19,656 bases of DNA from an uncultured Ectothiorhodospiraceae bacterium (GTDB taxonomy: Bacteria; Pseudomonadota; Gammaproteobacteria; CAYFSA01), in the NCBI GenBank assembly GCA_964635785.1, contig CAZWQC010000010.1:1-19656 (forward strand), given 5' to 3'. Positions 7,807 to 17,900 of the stretch are shown here, one piece after another. The position numbers were made by a program, and so were the translations under genes. The notes beneath the pieces were generated by a model. That model saw nothing but the letters and a program-made list of their open reading frames with translations, did not search any database and had not been told where the DNA came from. How positions within the stretch are numbered: position 1 is the first letter of the stretch; each line of letters opens with the position of its first letter.

Positions 7807-8661
7807 CTAACCATTGATCTTTGCATCGAGCAATAACAACTCGCCCTGATCGCCATTTTTCTCGCGGTAGAGCACCCGAACAGGCAAGTAAGCCATTGTG
7901 TAGGAGAGCCAAAACGTGGTCGCGCGTTGGTGATTGTGGTGCTCGCGTTGGACGACCAGGGCGAGGAAACGTCCGGCCGGCGTTTCGACTTGTTCTTGGC
8001 CATGGCGGTGGAATAGCCATTGGCGATGCTTGCCGTAGGCGACGATAGGGTAGGAGAGGGTATCTCGGCCCGCGGCAACATCGCGCATGACCGCAAGTTC
8101 TAGGGTCATGCGATCGAGAACGCCCGGTTCAATGGCGAACTCGTTCTTGTCGCCCCGGTGGTTGGACCGGGCAACGCGGTTTTCCCAGTCGAAACGAACC
8201 TCTTCCTCACGGACTCGTCCGCCACCGGTATGCCGGTATTCGAACGCGAGGGGTTTGAACTCATTGTCCTCGAAGAGCGTGATGGCACGCTCATGAATCC
8301 GGTCGTTGCGGATCAGAGCCAGGATTCCCTTGGCCTGACTGTCACGCTGATAAATGATGCGGCCATCGGCAGTACGGCTCATGCGTACTTCGGCCTCGCC
8401 GACTTTGAATCCGTTAAGCCGCAGCTCATATCGAGCCAGGAACGGCGTGATCCCCGGACGCGGAACTGGTGTCGTCGGTGTCGCCGTACTGGCGTCATCG
8501 ATGGTGGGCGCATTCGCCGCAGGGCTTGCCGAGGCGAAAAGCGGTCCGCAAACCCAGAGGATGGCCAATGATAACGCAAAGCGGGAGATCACCGGCGGCA
8601 GGCCGCCCGCTCGATCTTTCTGGTTGCTCGGCAATAGTCCGTACAACGATCCGATAGACAT
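7807..8661 (-). CDS. DUF3108-family secreted or periplasmic protein
   Basis: This is the maximal ORF, 284 aa from the ATG at 8661. An internal GTG at 8592 would give a canonical signal peptide (MISRFALSLAILWVCGPLFASA|SPA), so it is the more plausible start. The mature region has the YELRLNGFKVGEAEV and IVAYGKHRQWLFHRHGQE motifs typical of DUF3108 proteins. Confidence 0.6.
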   Translation of the reverse strand: MSIGSLYGLLPSNQKDRAGGLPPVISRFALSLAILWVCGPLFASASPAANAPTIDDASTATPTTPVPRPGITPFLARYELRLNGFKVGEAEVRMSRTADGRIIYQRDSQAKGILALIRNDRIHERAITLFEDNEFKPLAFEYRHTGGGRVREEEVRFDWENRVARSNHRGDKNEFAIEPGVLDRMTLELAVMRDVAAGRDTLSYPIVAYGKHRQWLFHRHGQEQVETPAGRFLALVVQREHHNHQRATTFWLSYTMAYLPVRVLYREKNGDQGELLLLDAKING

Positions 8662-8684
8662 GAAGCGATCCGTAAGGGTTTGGC

Positions 8685-8710
8685 GAGGTGTGCATTATGC
8701 ACGCTTTTTG
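8685..8710 (+). terminator. Canonical hairpin plus T-run (GGTGTGCATTATGCACGC-TTTTTG) oriented on the plus strand, with no plus-strand gene upstream
   Basis: A 7-8 bp stem (GTGTGCAT/ATGCACGC, loop TTA) at 8687-8703 is immediately followed by TTTTT at 8704-8708. On the minus strand an A-run precedes it and no U-run follows it. It lies in the intergenic region between the PAS-GGDEF stop and the DUF3108 start. Confidence 0.4.
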
Positions 8711-8964
8711 CCGGGCTTGCATGCTGGCTGCGCAAAAGGTTTGTTCGAGTGGGAGGACGGCGCCCCGTGGTGCAGGTACCCCTAACCAGGCGTGATACCG
8801 CCAGATAGCGGTAGCGTTTGGCGGCCCGGGCCGACCATCTTGGCACCATCTTTTGAGGCGACCTCGTTGGTGAGCACCGTCCAGGCGTTAACACCAGCCA
8901 TGGTTGCGAGAAAGTCGGGTCATTTCAGTGGCGCAAAGGGATAAAGCCACCCGACATGACCGGC

Positions 8965-11262
8965 TCATGGTTGGAAAAATCGGTAACTGTTGCGGCCGTC
9001 TTGCTTGGCTCGATACATGGTTTGGTCGGCATGCCGGAGCAGCGTGTCGGCATCCCCTGAATCAATTGGGTAAATCGTCACCCCAATGCTGGCCGAGATC
9101 TGTGCCCGTTCGCCTTCGATTGCGTACGGTTCGGCGATGCGTGCAAGGATGCGATCGAGGGTTTCGATGACGCGGCTCGGGTTGTCCAAATCGCCGAGTA
9201 GGACGCAGAATTCGTCGCCGCCCAAGCGAGCGACCGTATCGCTTTGTCGGACGCTGGCATTCAGTCGCTGGGCGACGGCCAATAACAGTTCGTCGCCGGC
9301 TTTGTGTCCGAGGGTGTCGTTGATGGGTTTGAAATTGTCGAGGTCGAGGTAGCAGACGGCGAGTAAGCGATGATCTTTCGTCGCGTTGGTCAGACCATGG
9401 GCGAGCCTTTCCATCAGCAGGCGGCGATTCGCCAACCCGGTGAGGGGGTCGTAGTAAGCCATTTGCTTCAATTGGTTCTGGCTAGCGTACAGTGCATCCA
9501 TCGCTTGTTGCCTGCCAACTGCACCGCCAATCAAGTTGCCGAGATAGCGTAATACCAGGGCTTCATCGTGGGTCCAGTGCCGCGCCTTGGAACTGGTGGT
9601 CAGTGCAATGCAACCAAGCAGGTCTTCGCCGAAGGTGACTGGGGCTGTCAATAGCGAACGAACCCCGCGGCTTTGCAAATAACGGCGTTCATCGGCCGGG
9701 ATGGTCACGGCGTCGGTAATGTGTGACAGAACGACGATTTCGCCTTGCTGTAACGGCTGTAACGCCTTTGGCAGCATTTGCGGATCCAGAAAAAACTGAC
9801 CATCGTTGGGCTTCTTCGGCGGTTTTTTGTCCCATACGTAATGACGGTGGGTTGCCTGACCGGCTGTATCGAACAAAAGTATACCGCATCGTTCCGTGTT
9901 GGTTTCTTCACCAATTAGCGTCAGCGCCCGTTCGATCATGGCGGCCAGACTGAGTGTTTTGTTGTTGAGCAGATGAGCGGAGATTTCGGTTAGGCGAAGT
10001 TCCAAGTCGGCCCGGTAGCGGATTTCGTTTTCGAGGTGGATGCGCTCGGTCTCATCACGGCCGACTGCGTAAATGAGTCTAGTATCGAGAAATGCCCGGG
10101 CTGACCAAGCGATGGTGCGATAATGACCGTCACGGCAACGCCAAGCCGTTTCAAACGAATAGACTTGACGGCCGGCGAGAATTTGCTGAATCGCTTCGCG
10201 CGTGCGGGTGATATCGTCGGGATGGAGGAACTCGACGATCGACCGATTCAGGATTTCCTCGGTAGCGTAGCCGAGGATGTTTTGCCAGGCCGGATTGGCG
10301 CGAACCAGGTATTCATCCGGACCGATGACACAAAACAAATCCAAGGCCAACTCGAAGAACTGGTTTTGGGCTTCCAAGGTCAGTTCACGTTCGGTGATAT
10401 CTTGCACTGTGCCGATGCGGCGAATCGGCTGCCCGTCGGTAAACTCGGTATGGCAACGTTCGTAGACGTGTTTGATGCGGCCATCGGGCAGCACGAGCCG
10501 ATATTGGTAATGCCAGTCGGGTTGTCGGTCGGCTGCGAGGTCGTGTTGATAAATCACCCGACGGCGGTCACCTTGGTGAACGCGTTGGATAAACGCCGCG
10601 AAGCTCGGCGTCGTGTCCGGGTCGATCTCCCAGATTCGATACAACTCGGCAGACCACCACAACTGCTTTTGGTGCAGATCATGCTCCCAGTTGCCCAGAC
10701 CGGCGACGCGCTGGGCTTCATTCAGTAAGGCTTGCTGGTGGGCGAGTTGTTGTTGATAGTGATAGCGCGCGTGGATATCGCGGACTTGCACGAGAATGCC
10801 GCAGATATTGCCTTCATTATTGAGCCTGGGCGTATAGCAAATTTCTTGGCGGCGGTGTTGGCCGTCACGATGGGGGCAAAATGCTTCGTAAACCACTCGT
10901 GTGCCGTTAAGGCAGCGCTCGAGATTGGGTTTGACTTGGGTTTCGTAGAATGGCTTCGGTATGACCTCGCTGACGTGCCGGCCAATGGTTTGTTGCAATG
11001 TGCGGCCCCATGATCGCAAGTAGGCGCGATTGGCGGCGCGATAAATGAAGTCGCGGTCAAGCGCGGCAAATCGATCCTCGCTTTGTTCGATCAGCTCCCG
11101 ATAAACCCCGAGCGTGTTGTTATCACCGCGGTTTGCCAACGCTATGGCTTGCTCAGTAGGGTGGCCGCATTGGTACGCACCCTGTGCCGGGTTGCCAAGG
11201 CGAGGTCTGGGCTGATTGGCTGCGCAAGGGTTGTCGGTGCTGGTGTAAGACGGCGTTGTCAT
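8965..11262 (-). CDS. PAS/PAC-PAS-GAF-GGDEF diguanylate cyclase with an intact GGDEF motif and an RxxD I-site
   Basis: The C-terminus reads YDPLTGLANRRL...CYLDLDNFKPINDTLGHKAGDELL...RQSDTVARLGGDEFCVLL, which is a complete GGDEF domain. A GAF-like region and at least two PAS/PAC modules lie upstream. I used the ATG at 11262 (MTTPSYTS...). The supplied track extends the ORF to a TTG at 11340. Neither start has a clear SD. Confidence 0.85.
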   Translation of the reverse strand: MTTPSYTSTDNPCAANQPRPRLGNPAQGAYQCGHPTEQAIALANRGDNNTLGVYRELIEQSEDRFAALDRDFIYRAANRAYLRSWGRTLQQTIGRHVSEVIPKPFYETQVKPNLERCLNGTRVVYEAFCPHRDGQHRRQEICYTPRLNNEGNICGILVQVRDIHARYHYQQQLAHQQALLNEAQRVAGLGNWEHDLHQKQLWWSAELYRIWEIDPDTTPSFAAFIQRVHQGDRRRVIYQHDLAADRQPDWHYQYRLVLPDGRIKHVYERCHTEFTDGQPIRRIGTVQDITERELTLEAQNQFFELALDLFCVIGPDEYLVRANPAWQNILGYATEEILNRSIVEFLHPDDITRTREAIQQILAGRQVYSFETAWRCRDGHYRTIAWSARAFLDTRLIYAVGRDETERIHLENEIRYRADLELRLTEISAHLLNNKTLSLAAMIERALTLIGEETNTERCGILLFDTAGQATHRHYVWDKKPPKKPNDGQFFLDPQMLPKALQPLQQGEIVVLSHITDAVTIPADERRYLQSRGVRSLLTAPVTFGEDLLGCIALTTSSKARHWTHDEALVLRYLGNLIGGAVGRQQAMDALYASQNQLKQMAYYDPLTGLANRRLLMERLAHGLTNATKDHRLLAVCYLDLDNFKPINDTLGHKAGDELLLAVAQRLNASVRQSDTVARLGGDEFCVLLGDLDNPSRVIETLDRILARIAEPYAIEGERAQISASIGVTIYPIDSGDADTLLRHADQTMYRAKQDGRNSYRFFQP

Positions 11263-11535
11263 CGGTTTAGCCCAATGCGAACTGATAAGTTTAGTATCGT
11301 CGCCTTCGTCGGGGTAAGCAATTCGGGAAAATACTTGCAACGAACTAGGCAGAGATGGTCAAGCGGATGGTCTGTTGCAATCGTCGCGAGATGGTTCGGC
11401 AAACCGGGTTAAATGTCGGTTGTATACCCAGGCAAATTGCGATGTTATTAGTTTTTTGAGAGCTTTTCGGTGTTTTGAGCTGGATATGCCAGTGCAATAC
11501 GCGTGTGGTTTAGCCGTTCGGCTAGCGCTGGCTTC

Positions 11536-11574
11536 TGCAAAAAGCGATATGGCAGGCTGCCAGTTTGTGATCGC
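11536..11574 (-). terminator. Intrinsic terminator downstream of the FixL-like kinase gene
   Basis: On the minus strand the sequence reads GCGAT-cacaaact-GGCAG-cc-TGCC-at-ATCGC-TTTTTGC. This is a compound hairpin followed immediately by a U-run. It lies ~75 nt after the stop at 11647. Confidence 0.55.
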
Positions 11575-11646
11575 TTAAGTCTTTTGGGCAAGTGTGTGGT
11601 GACAGGGGAAGCGCGCAGACACTGGCGACGGTGGCCGGGCGATGGT

Positions 11647-13218
11647 TTACGGGTTCGCTTGATACGCTGGCGCATAAGGCAAAGTAAAAGCAATGCAGGC
11701 GCCAGGGTCGCGATCGGGGTCTCGATGCTCGAGCCAAAAGCGACCGCCGTGGGCCTCGATAATCGCGCGGCAGACCGCCAAACCGATGCCGGTGCCGGCA
11801 GTGCGGTTTGTGATGGCGCTGTGCAGGGCAACACCTTGATAACCCGGTGGGAGCCCTGGACCGGTGTCGGCAACCGTGATGCGGACCTCGTTGGGTAAGG
11901 GTGTGGCGACGATGTCAATGAGTCGCCTGGGCGTATTGCTGCGGGAAATGGCGTCGATCGCGTTTTGTATGAGATGCAGTAGCACCTGCTCGCCTTGTGC
12001 CGGGGTAATCCATAGCCGTGGCGTGTCGTTGGGAATGAACGTGCGAATTTGGATGCGCCGGGCATCCGCTTGGGCTTTGATGTGCTCGATCGCGGACATG
12101 CACAATTCGGCGCAGACGACAAGCTCGGGTTCGGGTTGGCCACGGCGAAAAAGATCGCGGGTTTGAGCGAGTATCTGCCCGAGTAAGTGCAGTTGTTCGG
12201 CGGCTTGTTGGAGGGGCTCGGTCAGATCGGTTGAGACGTCGTTACCAGGGAGCAGTCGTTCCGAGAGCATTTCCAGGTGTAGCCCGGCGGCCGTCATGGG
12301 TTGCGCGAGTTGTTCCACCAGCGACGTCACCAATGTGTTCATGGCTTCGGTTTTCTGAGCGTTGGCCATGGCGCGACGGCGTCGGGCGATTTCTTCTTCG
12401 GCGAGCTTGCGATTGGTGATGTCTTTGTGAACGATGACGGCACCGGAGAAGGCCGTTTGCCTCAAGGCAGTGACCGTAAACTCAAACCAGCGGGTCCGTT
12501 GTGGGCCGATGCAGGCGTACTCCATCATGAAGTGGTCACGTTGACTGGCTAAAACCAATTGGATGCCCTGATAGGCACGCATCGCGTCGGCATCACCGCT
12601 TGCCGCGGATTGTTGACAGACGGCGAGGTAATCGATGCCAAGCCCCTCTTGCAGGGCGATCGATGCCCCGTTCGTCCGTGCGGTCTGGCGCCAGCGGTCG
12701 TTGACCAAGATGATGTGGCCGTGCGCGTCGATCACCACGATAACGTCTGGAAACGTATTTAAGAACCTTTGCTGAAAGGCTTGTTGCTCGGCGAGCTGTT
12801 GTTCGGCTCGCCATTGTGGCAGGGGATCGAGCATGACCCCGATGCAGCAGCTGCCGCCGGTTCGGTGCGGTCGTGTCGACATTAATTGAAAGGCTTGCGC
12901 CGCGATGCTGGCATGGCGAGGTCTGAGCATGAGTTTGTGCCGGGTTTTGGCGGGCGCCGCGAATACGCGGCGCAGATGGTCGATAAACGGTTGGTAATCG
13001 CCAGCGGCGAGGTGTTCGTGAAAGGCGGCCTGCAGCAGTGTCTGTGGTCGCTGTCCGAGTAGCTTGGCACCAGCCACATTGATTTGCCAGATTCTGCCTT
13101 GCGTATCGAGTAGTACGCGACCGATGGGCGCGAGGTCGCACAAGGGTCGATCACAATAGGCCAAGTGACAGGGTTGGTTTGCCGGCGTGCTTGTCTGTGT
13201 GTCGGTTGGCTCGGTCAT
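11647..13218 (-). CDS. FixL-family PAS-PAS sensor histidine-kinase homologue in which the H-box phosphoacceptor His is replaced by Glu; the HATPase_c domain is intact
   Basis: Two PAS domains are followed by a dimerisation/H-box region, EAMNTLVTSLVEQLAQPMTAAGLHLEML. This aligns residue for residue with the FixL H-box SAMGEMASALAHELNQPLAAI, with E at the His position. I confirmed the reading by translating the DNA directly. The ATP-binding motifs are present: the N-box (VLLHLIQNAIDAI), G1 (VADTGPGLP) and G2 (GTGIGLAVCRAIIEAHGG). I chose the ATG start at 13218; a GTG alternative lies at 13308. Confidence 0.8.
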   Translation of the reverse strand: MTEPTDTQTSTPANQPCHLAYCDRPLCDLAPIGRVLLDTQGRIWQINVAGAKLLGQRPQTLLQAAFHEHLAAGDYQPFIDHLRRVFAAPAKTRHKLMLRPRHASIAAQAFQLMSTRPHRTGGSCCIGVMLDPLPQWRAEQQLAEQQAFQQRFLNTFPDVIVVIDAHGHIILVNDRWRQTARTNGASIALQEGLGIDYLAVCQQSAASGDADAMRAYQGIQLVLASQRDHFMMEYACIGPQRTRWFEFTVTALRQTAFSGAVIVHKDITNRKLAEEEIARRRRAMANAQKTEAMNTLVTSLVEQLAQPMTAAGLHLEMLSERLLPGNDVSTDLTEPLQQAAEQLHLLGQILAQTRDLFRRGQPEPELVVCAELCMSAIEHIKAQADARRIQIRTFIPNDTPRLWITPAQGEQVLLHLIQNAIDAISRSNTPRRLIDIVATPLPNEVRITVADTGPGLPPGYQGVALHSAITNRTAGTGIGLAVCRAIIEAHGGRFWLEHRDPDRDPGACIAFTLPYAPAYQANP

Positions 13219-13353
13219 GTTCGGTGTTGAATCGCTAACCCCGCTGAACGGATCGCGAAAACGGCTTCGTCGGATGAAAGTCGCGACGAGGCGGTCCGTC
13301 GGCGCCACGGTAAAACGCCGCTACGCCAACGGGCCGCCAGGTTTTCGGGTGAT

Positions 13354-13665
13354 TCAACCGGCGAAATGGAAGAGCCGATCGATACCTGCCGCCGACATCC
13401 GATGGCGAAACTCCGGCGGGCAGTGCAAGAGATAGACTTGTTGTTGCGCGGCTTTGGCGCGGCGATGGAGGTTGAGTAACAAGGCCATACCCGAATCACG
13501 CAGTTGCTTGGTTTCGCGTAGATCGACCATGACGGTGCCGATGGTCTTGGCTCGCATCATGTGGGTCACTGAGCGCATTAGCGCTGATCTGGAAATATCG
13601 AGTTCGTCACCGACATCGACAATAACGGCGTCACCATGTTGAGTCGCTTGAGGTGTATGGGGCAT
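13354..13665 (-). CDS. STAS-domain protein (SpoIIAA/RsbV-like anti-sigma-factor antagonist) with the conserved phosphorylatable Ser
   Basis: The 103-aa product contains DAVIVDVGDELDIS...GTVMVDLRETKQLRDSGMALLLNL...VYLLHCPPEFRHRMSAAGIDRLF, which matches the STAS fold. Its DSG motif corresponds to DSSG/DSTG in SpoIIAA/RsbV. An AAGGAG SD lies 8 nt upstream of the ATG. The gene ends 45 bp upstream of the kinase-like gene on the same strand. Confidence 0.75.
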   Translation of the reverse strand: MPHTPQATQHGDAVIVDVGDELDISRSALMRSVTHMMRAKTIGTVMVDLRETKQLRDSGMALLLNLHRRAKAAQQQVYLLHCPPEFRHRMSAAGIDRLFHFAG

Positions 13666-13950
13666 TGATGCGTCTCCTTTGGTATTCGCTTGTCGTCGGA
13701 ATCAATGAAATACTGGCTTAAACGCGCCAGCGCCTGCAGTACTGCCATCATCGCTGACGACGCGATGATGCGGTTTCGTGCACAGGCAATGGTGTCAAAG
13801 TATAACGATCGTTGGCAATCAGGGAATCCGTGCGAATACGGAGTGGTGTGGTCGCGGTGCAGCGACCAGCGCCCGGCCTAGGCGACTGCAAGACCGAGGC
13901 CGCATTGGCGATTCGATGCGAGGCGCGAGCGATCATTGGCAAGCTGATCG

Positions 13951-14604
13951 CTAATCAAAGTCGTTGCGAGCGTGAATCTCGGCGATATGGCAGAGCTCGG
14001 CGAGTTTGCGTACCTTGAGTTTTCTCATCAGATGAGCGCGGTGGCTTTCTACGGTGCGATGACTGATATCGAGTTGGCGCGCGATTTCTTTGCTACTTAA
14101 GCCGGCGAAGGTAATGAGGCGCATGATTTCCAGCTCACGAACGGTGAGTGTTCCGACCAGCGCTTGAATCGATTGGGCATCGGCGGAGGGTGCATTGGGC
14201 GGGTTTGTGGGTCGCTCCGAAGTGGCCACCTGATCGTGTTCTGCCATGACTTCTTCGATGCGGTCGACGAGCTGGCGACGAGTGAAGGGTTTTTCGATGA
14301 AGTCCGCGGCACCGCCTTGCATGGCACGAACCGTTGTTGGGATATCGCCGTAACCTGAGATGAAGATGCAGGGTAGCGTATAACCTTTGGCGCGAAGATT
14401 GGCTTGGACCTCGATGCCGGTCATGTCGGGCAGGCGAAGATCGATCACCAGACAACCGGGCTGTGGCGTTTGATAGAATTCAAGAAAATCGGTGCCGGTG
14501 GGAAAGGCTTGGACGCTGTAACCGGATTGCGACAAGGCGATGGTCAGCGCTTCGCGTAGCGGTTTGTCATCATCAACCAGAAAAATGCTCGGTCGTTGGC
14601 GCAT
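13951..14604 (-). CDS. FixJ/NarL-family response regulator (REC domain plus LuxR-type HTH)
   Basis: The receiver domain has the acidic pair (FLVDDD), the phospho-Asp (LVIDLRLPDMTG), the conserved Ser (ISGYGD) and the conserved Lys (IEKPF). The LuxR HTH reads LTVRELEIMRLITFAGLSSKEIARQLDISHRTVESHRAHLMRKL. I preferred the ATG at 14604 because AAGGA lies 8 nt upstream. The supplied track's ATG at 14667 would add 21 residues to the N-terminus. Confidence 0.85.
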   Translation of the reverse strand: MRQRPSIFLVDDDKPLREALTIALSQSGYSVQAFPTGTDFLEFYQTPQPGCLVIDLRLPDMTGIEVQANLRAKGYTLPCIFISGYGDIPTTVRAMQGGAADFIEKPFTRRQLVDRIEEVMAEHDQVATSERPTNPPNAPSADAQSIQALVGTLTVRELEIMRLITFAGLSSKEIARQLDISHRTVESHRAHLMRKLKVRKLAELCHIAEIHARNDFD

Positions 14605-14965
14605 CGGTTTTCCTTTATGCTTGCCCGCGTCGTGACGGCGGCAGTGACATGGCTGGTATGGGCACAACCGGTATCGCGTGACCTGGTGCTATGGCGCATG
14701 CGGGTTGCCTCGGCGAATAATCCAAAAAAACGCCGGTTCTGCGTCAGTCCTGCTTGCTGATGTTGCACTGCACGATGGTGACCGGTAACGCCCATGACGG
14801 GTAAAATGCGCTGTTACGGTCGCTGCCTGGTGCCTAGTTGCAAGCGCCCGAGTATATCGGTTATTCCACCGAGAATGAAGCCGCAGGTCTGTGGAAAAGA
14901 GCGATTTGGTCGGATGTTGAACGCGTTTGCCGGGTGGTCATGTTCGCATGGTTGCGTTAGCGCTT

Positions 14966-17900
14966 TTAGCCCTCCCGTCGAATTGCCGGGCCTTGCGCAT
15001 CAATGTGGGTTTTTTCGGTGGGATCGGCTGCTGCGGTTTGTAGGGCGTGATCGAGAAATGCCTTAAACGGCATGGGTCGGCCAAACCAGTACCCTTGAAA
15101 GCGCTGACAACCGATGCTCAAGAGAAAATCGAGTTGTTCGGGTCGCTCTACGCCCTCGGCGATGACCGGTAAAGACAGGGCTTGGGCCATGCTCATTGCG
15201 GCACGGACGATAGCGGCATCGCTCGGGTCGGTGTCGACGTCGCGGACGAGGGTCTGGTCGATCTTGAGGGTGTTCAGCGGCAAGTATTTCAACTGGGCAA
15301 GGGATGAATAGCCGGTACCGAAATCATCCAGCTCGACTTCGATCCCCAAGGTTTGCAGTTCGCTCAAGATGTTTTGGGTGCGGGCGAGATCGGCAAACAG
15401 CGATCCTTCCGTGAGTTCTAAATGTAACCGTGTTGTGGGTGTGCCATATTTTGCGACGGTGGCTTGGACTTGCTCGACGAAATGCGGCTGGGCGAGTTGT
15501 CGGGCACTGACGTTCACCGAAACGCATAGGGACGCGGTGTGAGGATAGCGTTGGAGTGTTTGTAAATCGGCGCAGGCGGCGTTCAGGACCCATTCGCCGA
15601 GCGGCAAGATTAAGCCGGTTTCCTCCGCCAGGGGAATGAACTCGCCGGGGGATACGGTTTGTCCGTCGGGGGTAAACCAGCGCAGCAGCGCTTCGGCACC
15701 CAGCAAATGGCCGAAGCGGTCGACTTGGGGTTGGTAAAACAATTGAAGTTCGTCGTGGTCGAGCGCTCGCCGCAGGGCGGCGGCTAGGTTTGCCCGCTGA
15801 TCGATGGCGCGTTGCATCTCGGTACTAAAAAATCGAATCGTGTCGCGACCGGCCCGTTTGGCCGCAAACATGGCGACATCGGCTTGTTTCAGCAGATCAT
15901 CAACGTTACTGCCATGGCCGCAAAAAAGAGCGACACCGATGCTCGCAGAGCAATGGAAGGCTTGGTCGGCACCGTGGAGGTCATAGGGTTTACGCAAGAC
16001 GTCAAGCAGTTGTTCGGCGATGCGTTCGGCATGAACGGCCGCTTGTCTTTCGTCTTCACCAAGCTGTTCGCAAAGCAAGATGAATTCATCGCCACCGAGG
16101 CGTGCGGCCGTATCGGTCGCGCGTAATTGCTTGCGCAGGCGCTGGCCGACCTGGACGAGCAGGGCATCGCCGGCACTGTGGCCGCGGGTATCGTTGAGTG
16201 TCTTGAATTCGTCGAGGTCCAGCATGAACAGAGCGCCGTACTGTTGATCGCGTTCGGACTTGATCAAGGCGTGTCGGAGTCGTTCAAGTAACAGCCGACG
16301 GTTGGTCAAATTAGTGAGTGGATCGTAAAACGCCAGGGCGTGAATTTTTTTTTCCGCTGCCTTGTTCTTGGTGATGTCGAAAAAGGTGCCGACGTAATGC
16401 GTGATGACACCCGCGTGGTTTTTGACGGCGGTAATCGATAGCCATTCGGGATAAACGTGCCCGAGTTTGTTGCGGTTCCAGATTTCACCTTCCCAAAAGC
16501 CGGTGTGGTTGAGATGGTGCCACATGGTTTGATAAAAGCTCGGGGCATGACAACCCGATTGCAATAGCCGGGGGTTTTTGCCAATGACCTCGTCGCTGCG
16601 GTAGCCGGTCACTTCGGTGAAGGTATTGTTGACGCGCTGTATGTTGCCTTTGGCATCGGTGATGGTGATGGCAACCTGGGCTTCGAAGGCGATCGCGGCA
16701 AGCCGGGAATCGGTTTCGGCTAATCGCTGTGCGGTATTGTCGAGGTTGATGCCGGTAACACGAACGGGTTTTCCGTTCAGATCGCAGACGCTGCGGCAAT
16801 AGGCTTTGATGTGACGGGTTTCGCCGTCGCCACGCAGCACGCGGAACTCCGCCTCGTGCGGCCCTTCGCTTTCGCGTGCGTCGGCATGCATGCGTTCGCT
16901 GTCGGCAAGATCATCCGGATGAATCAGGGATCGCCAGAGGGCGTGGTCGATACGGTCGTTGGCGCTAAGCCCGTACAACGCGCGCATGCGATGATCCCAG
17001 ACCAATTGTCCCGATTCGATTTGGTCGTCCCAAATGCCGAATCCGGCCGCGCCGACAGCCAAGGCAAGACGCTCTTCGCTTTGCCGTAGGGCTTCGCGGT
17101 GATGGATGGCGTCAACGGCGAACGAGAGGTTGCCTGTCATTTTGTCGAGGAGTTGGGTTTCCTCAGGACCGAAGAAGTTCGATTCGGTGGCGTATATCGT
17201 GAATACGCCTTGAATGTTGCCTGACCAGCACAGCGGGAAAGCGGCGGCGGCGGTGATGTGGTAGCGTTTGGCGGCTTCTGCCCAGATGGCCGTGTTTGGC
17301 GCGGTTTGAAAATCGTTGACGATTTGGATCATGCCGTCGCGAAAGGCACGGCCGGTCGGTCCTTGGCCTTCGGGTCGATCGCCGTGCACGGAAATGCGAA
17401 TGGCCTGCAGATAATGCGTGTTGCCGCTGGCCGCCGCGATTTGCATCCAGCCAGCCGCATCGGGTTTGCCGACCCAGGCTAAGCTGAACTCCCCATGTTT
17501 GACCGCGGTCCGGCACAGTGCCTCGAACAGGGCTTGTTCATGCGAAAAATGCAAAATGGCGTGATTGGTTTCACTCAAGGTTGCGTACAGCCGCTGCCGG
17601 CGGCGCAATTCGACTTCGGCGCGGCTGCGGCTGATGGCGTAGCGAATGGAACGGATCAAGTTGTCGGCAGTGAACTCACCCTTGATCAGGTAATCCTCGG
17701 CGCCGGCTTCGAGTGCGTGCAACGCATTGGTTTCATCCGTGTTTGCCGTCAGAACGATCAACGGCACATCCGGGGCGAGTAGGCGCAGCTCGAATACGGT
17801 TTCCAGGCCGCTGGTATCCGGCAAGCCGAGATCGACGAGCAACAGCTGGACCGGTTGTTCGGCGAGTAGGGTTTTCGCCTGGCCCAGGGTGGGCGCCCAC

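Noticed and set aside
10123-10728. 201-aa plus-strand ORF
   Set aside because: It is antisense to the PAS-GAF-GGDEF gene and shows no recognisable domains.
12593-13141. 182-aa minus-strand ORF rich in Arg, Thr and Ala
   Set aside because: It is an alternative frame inside the FixL-like gene, with Arg-rich composition typical of off-frame GC-rich translation.
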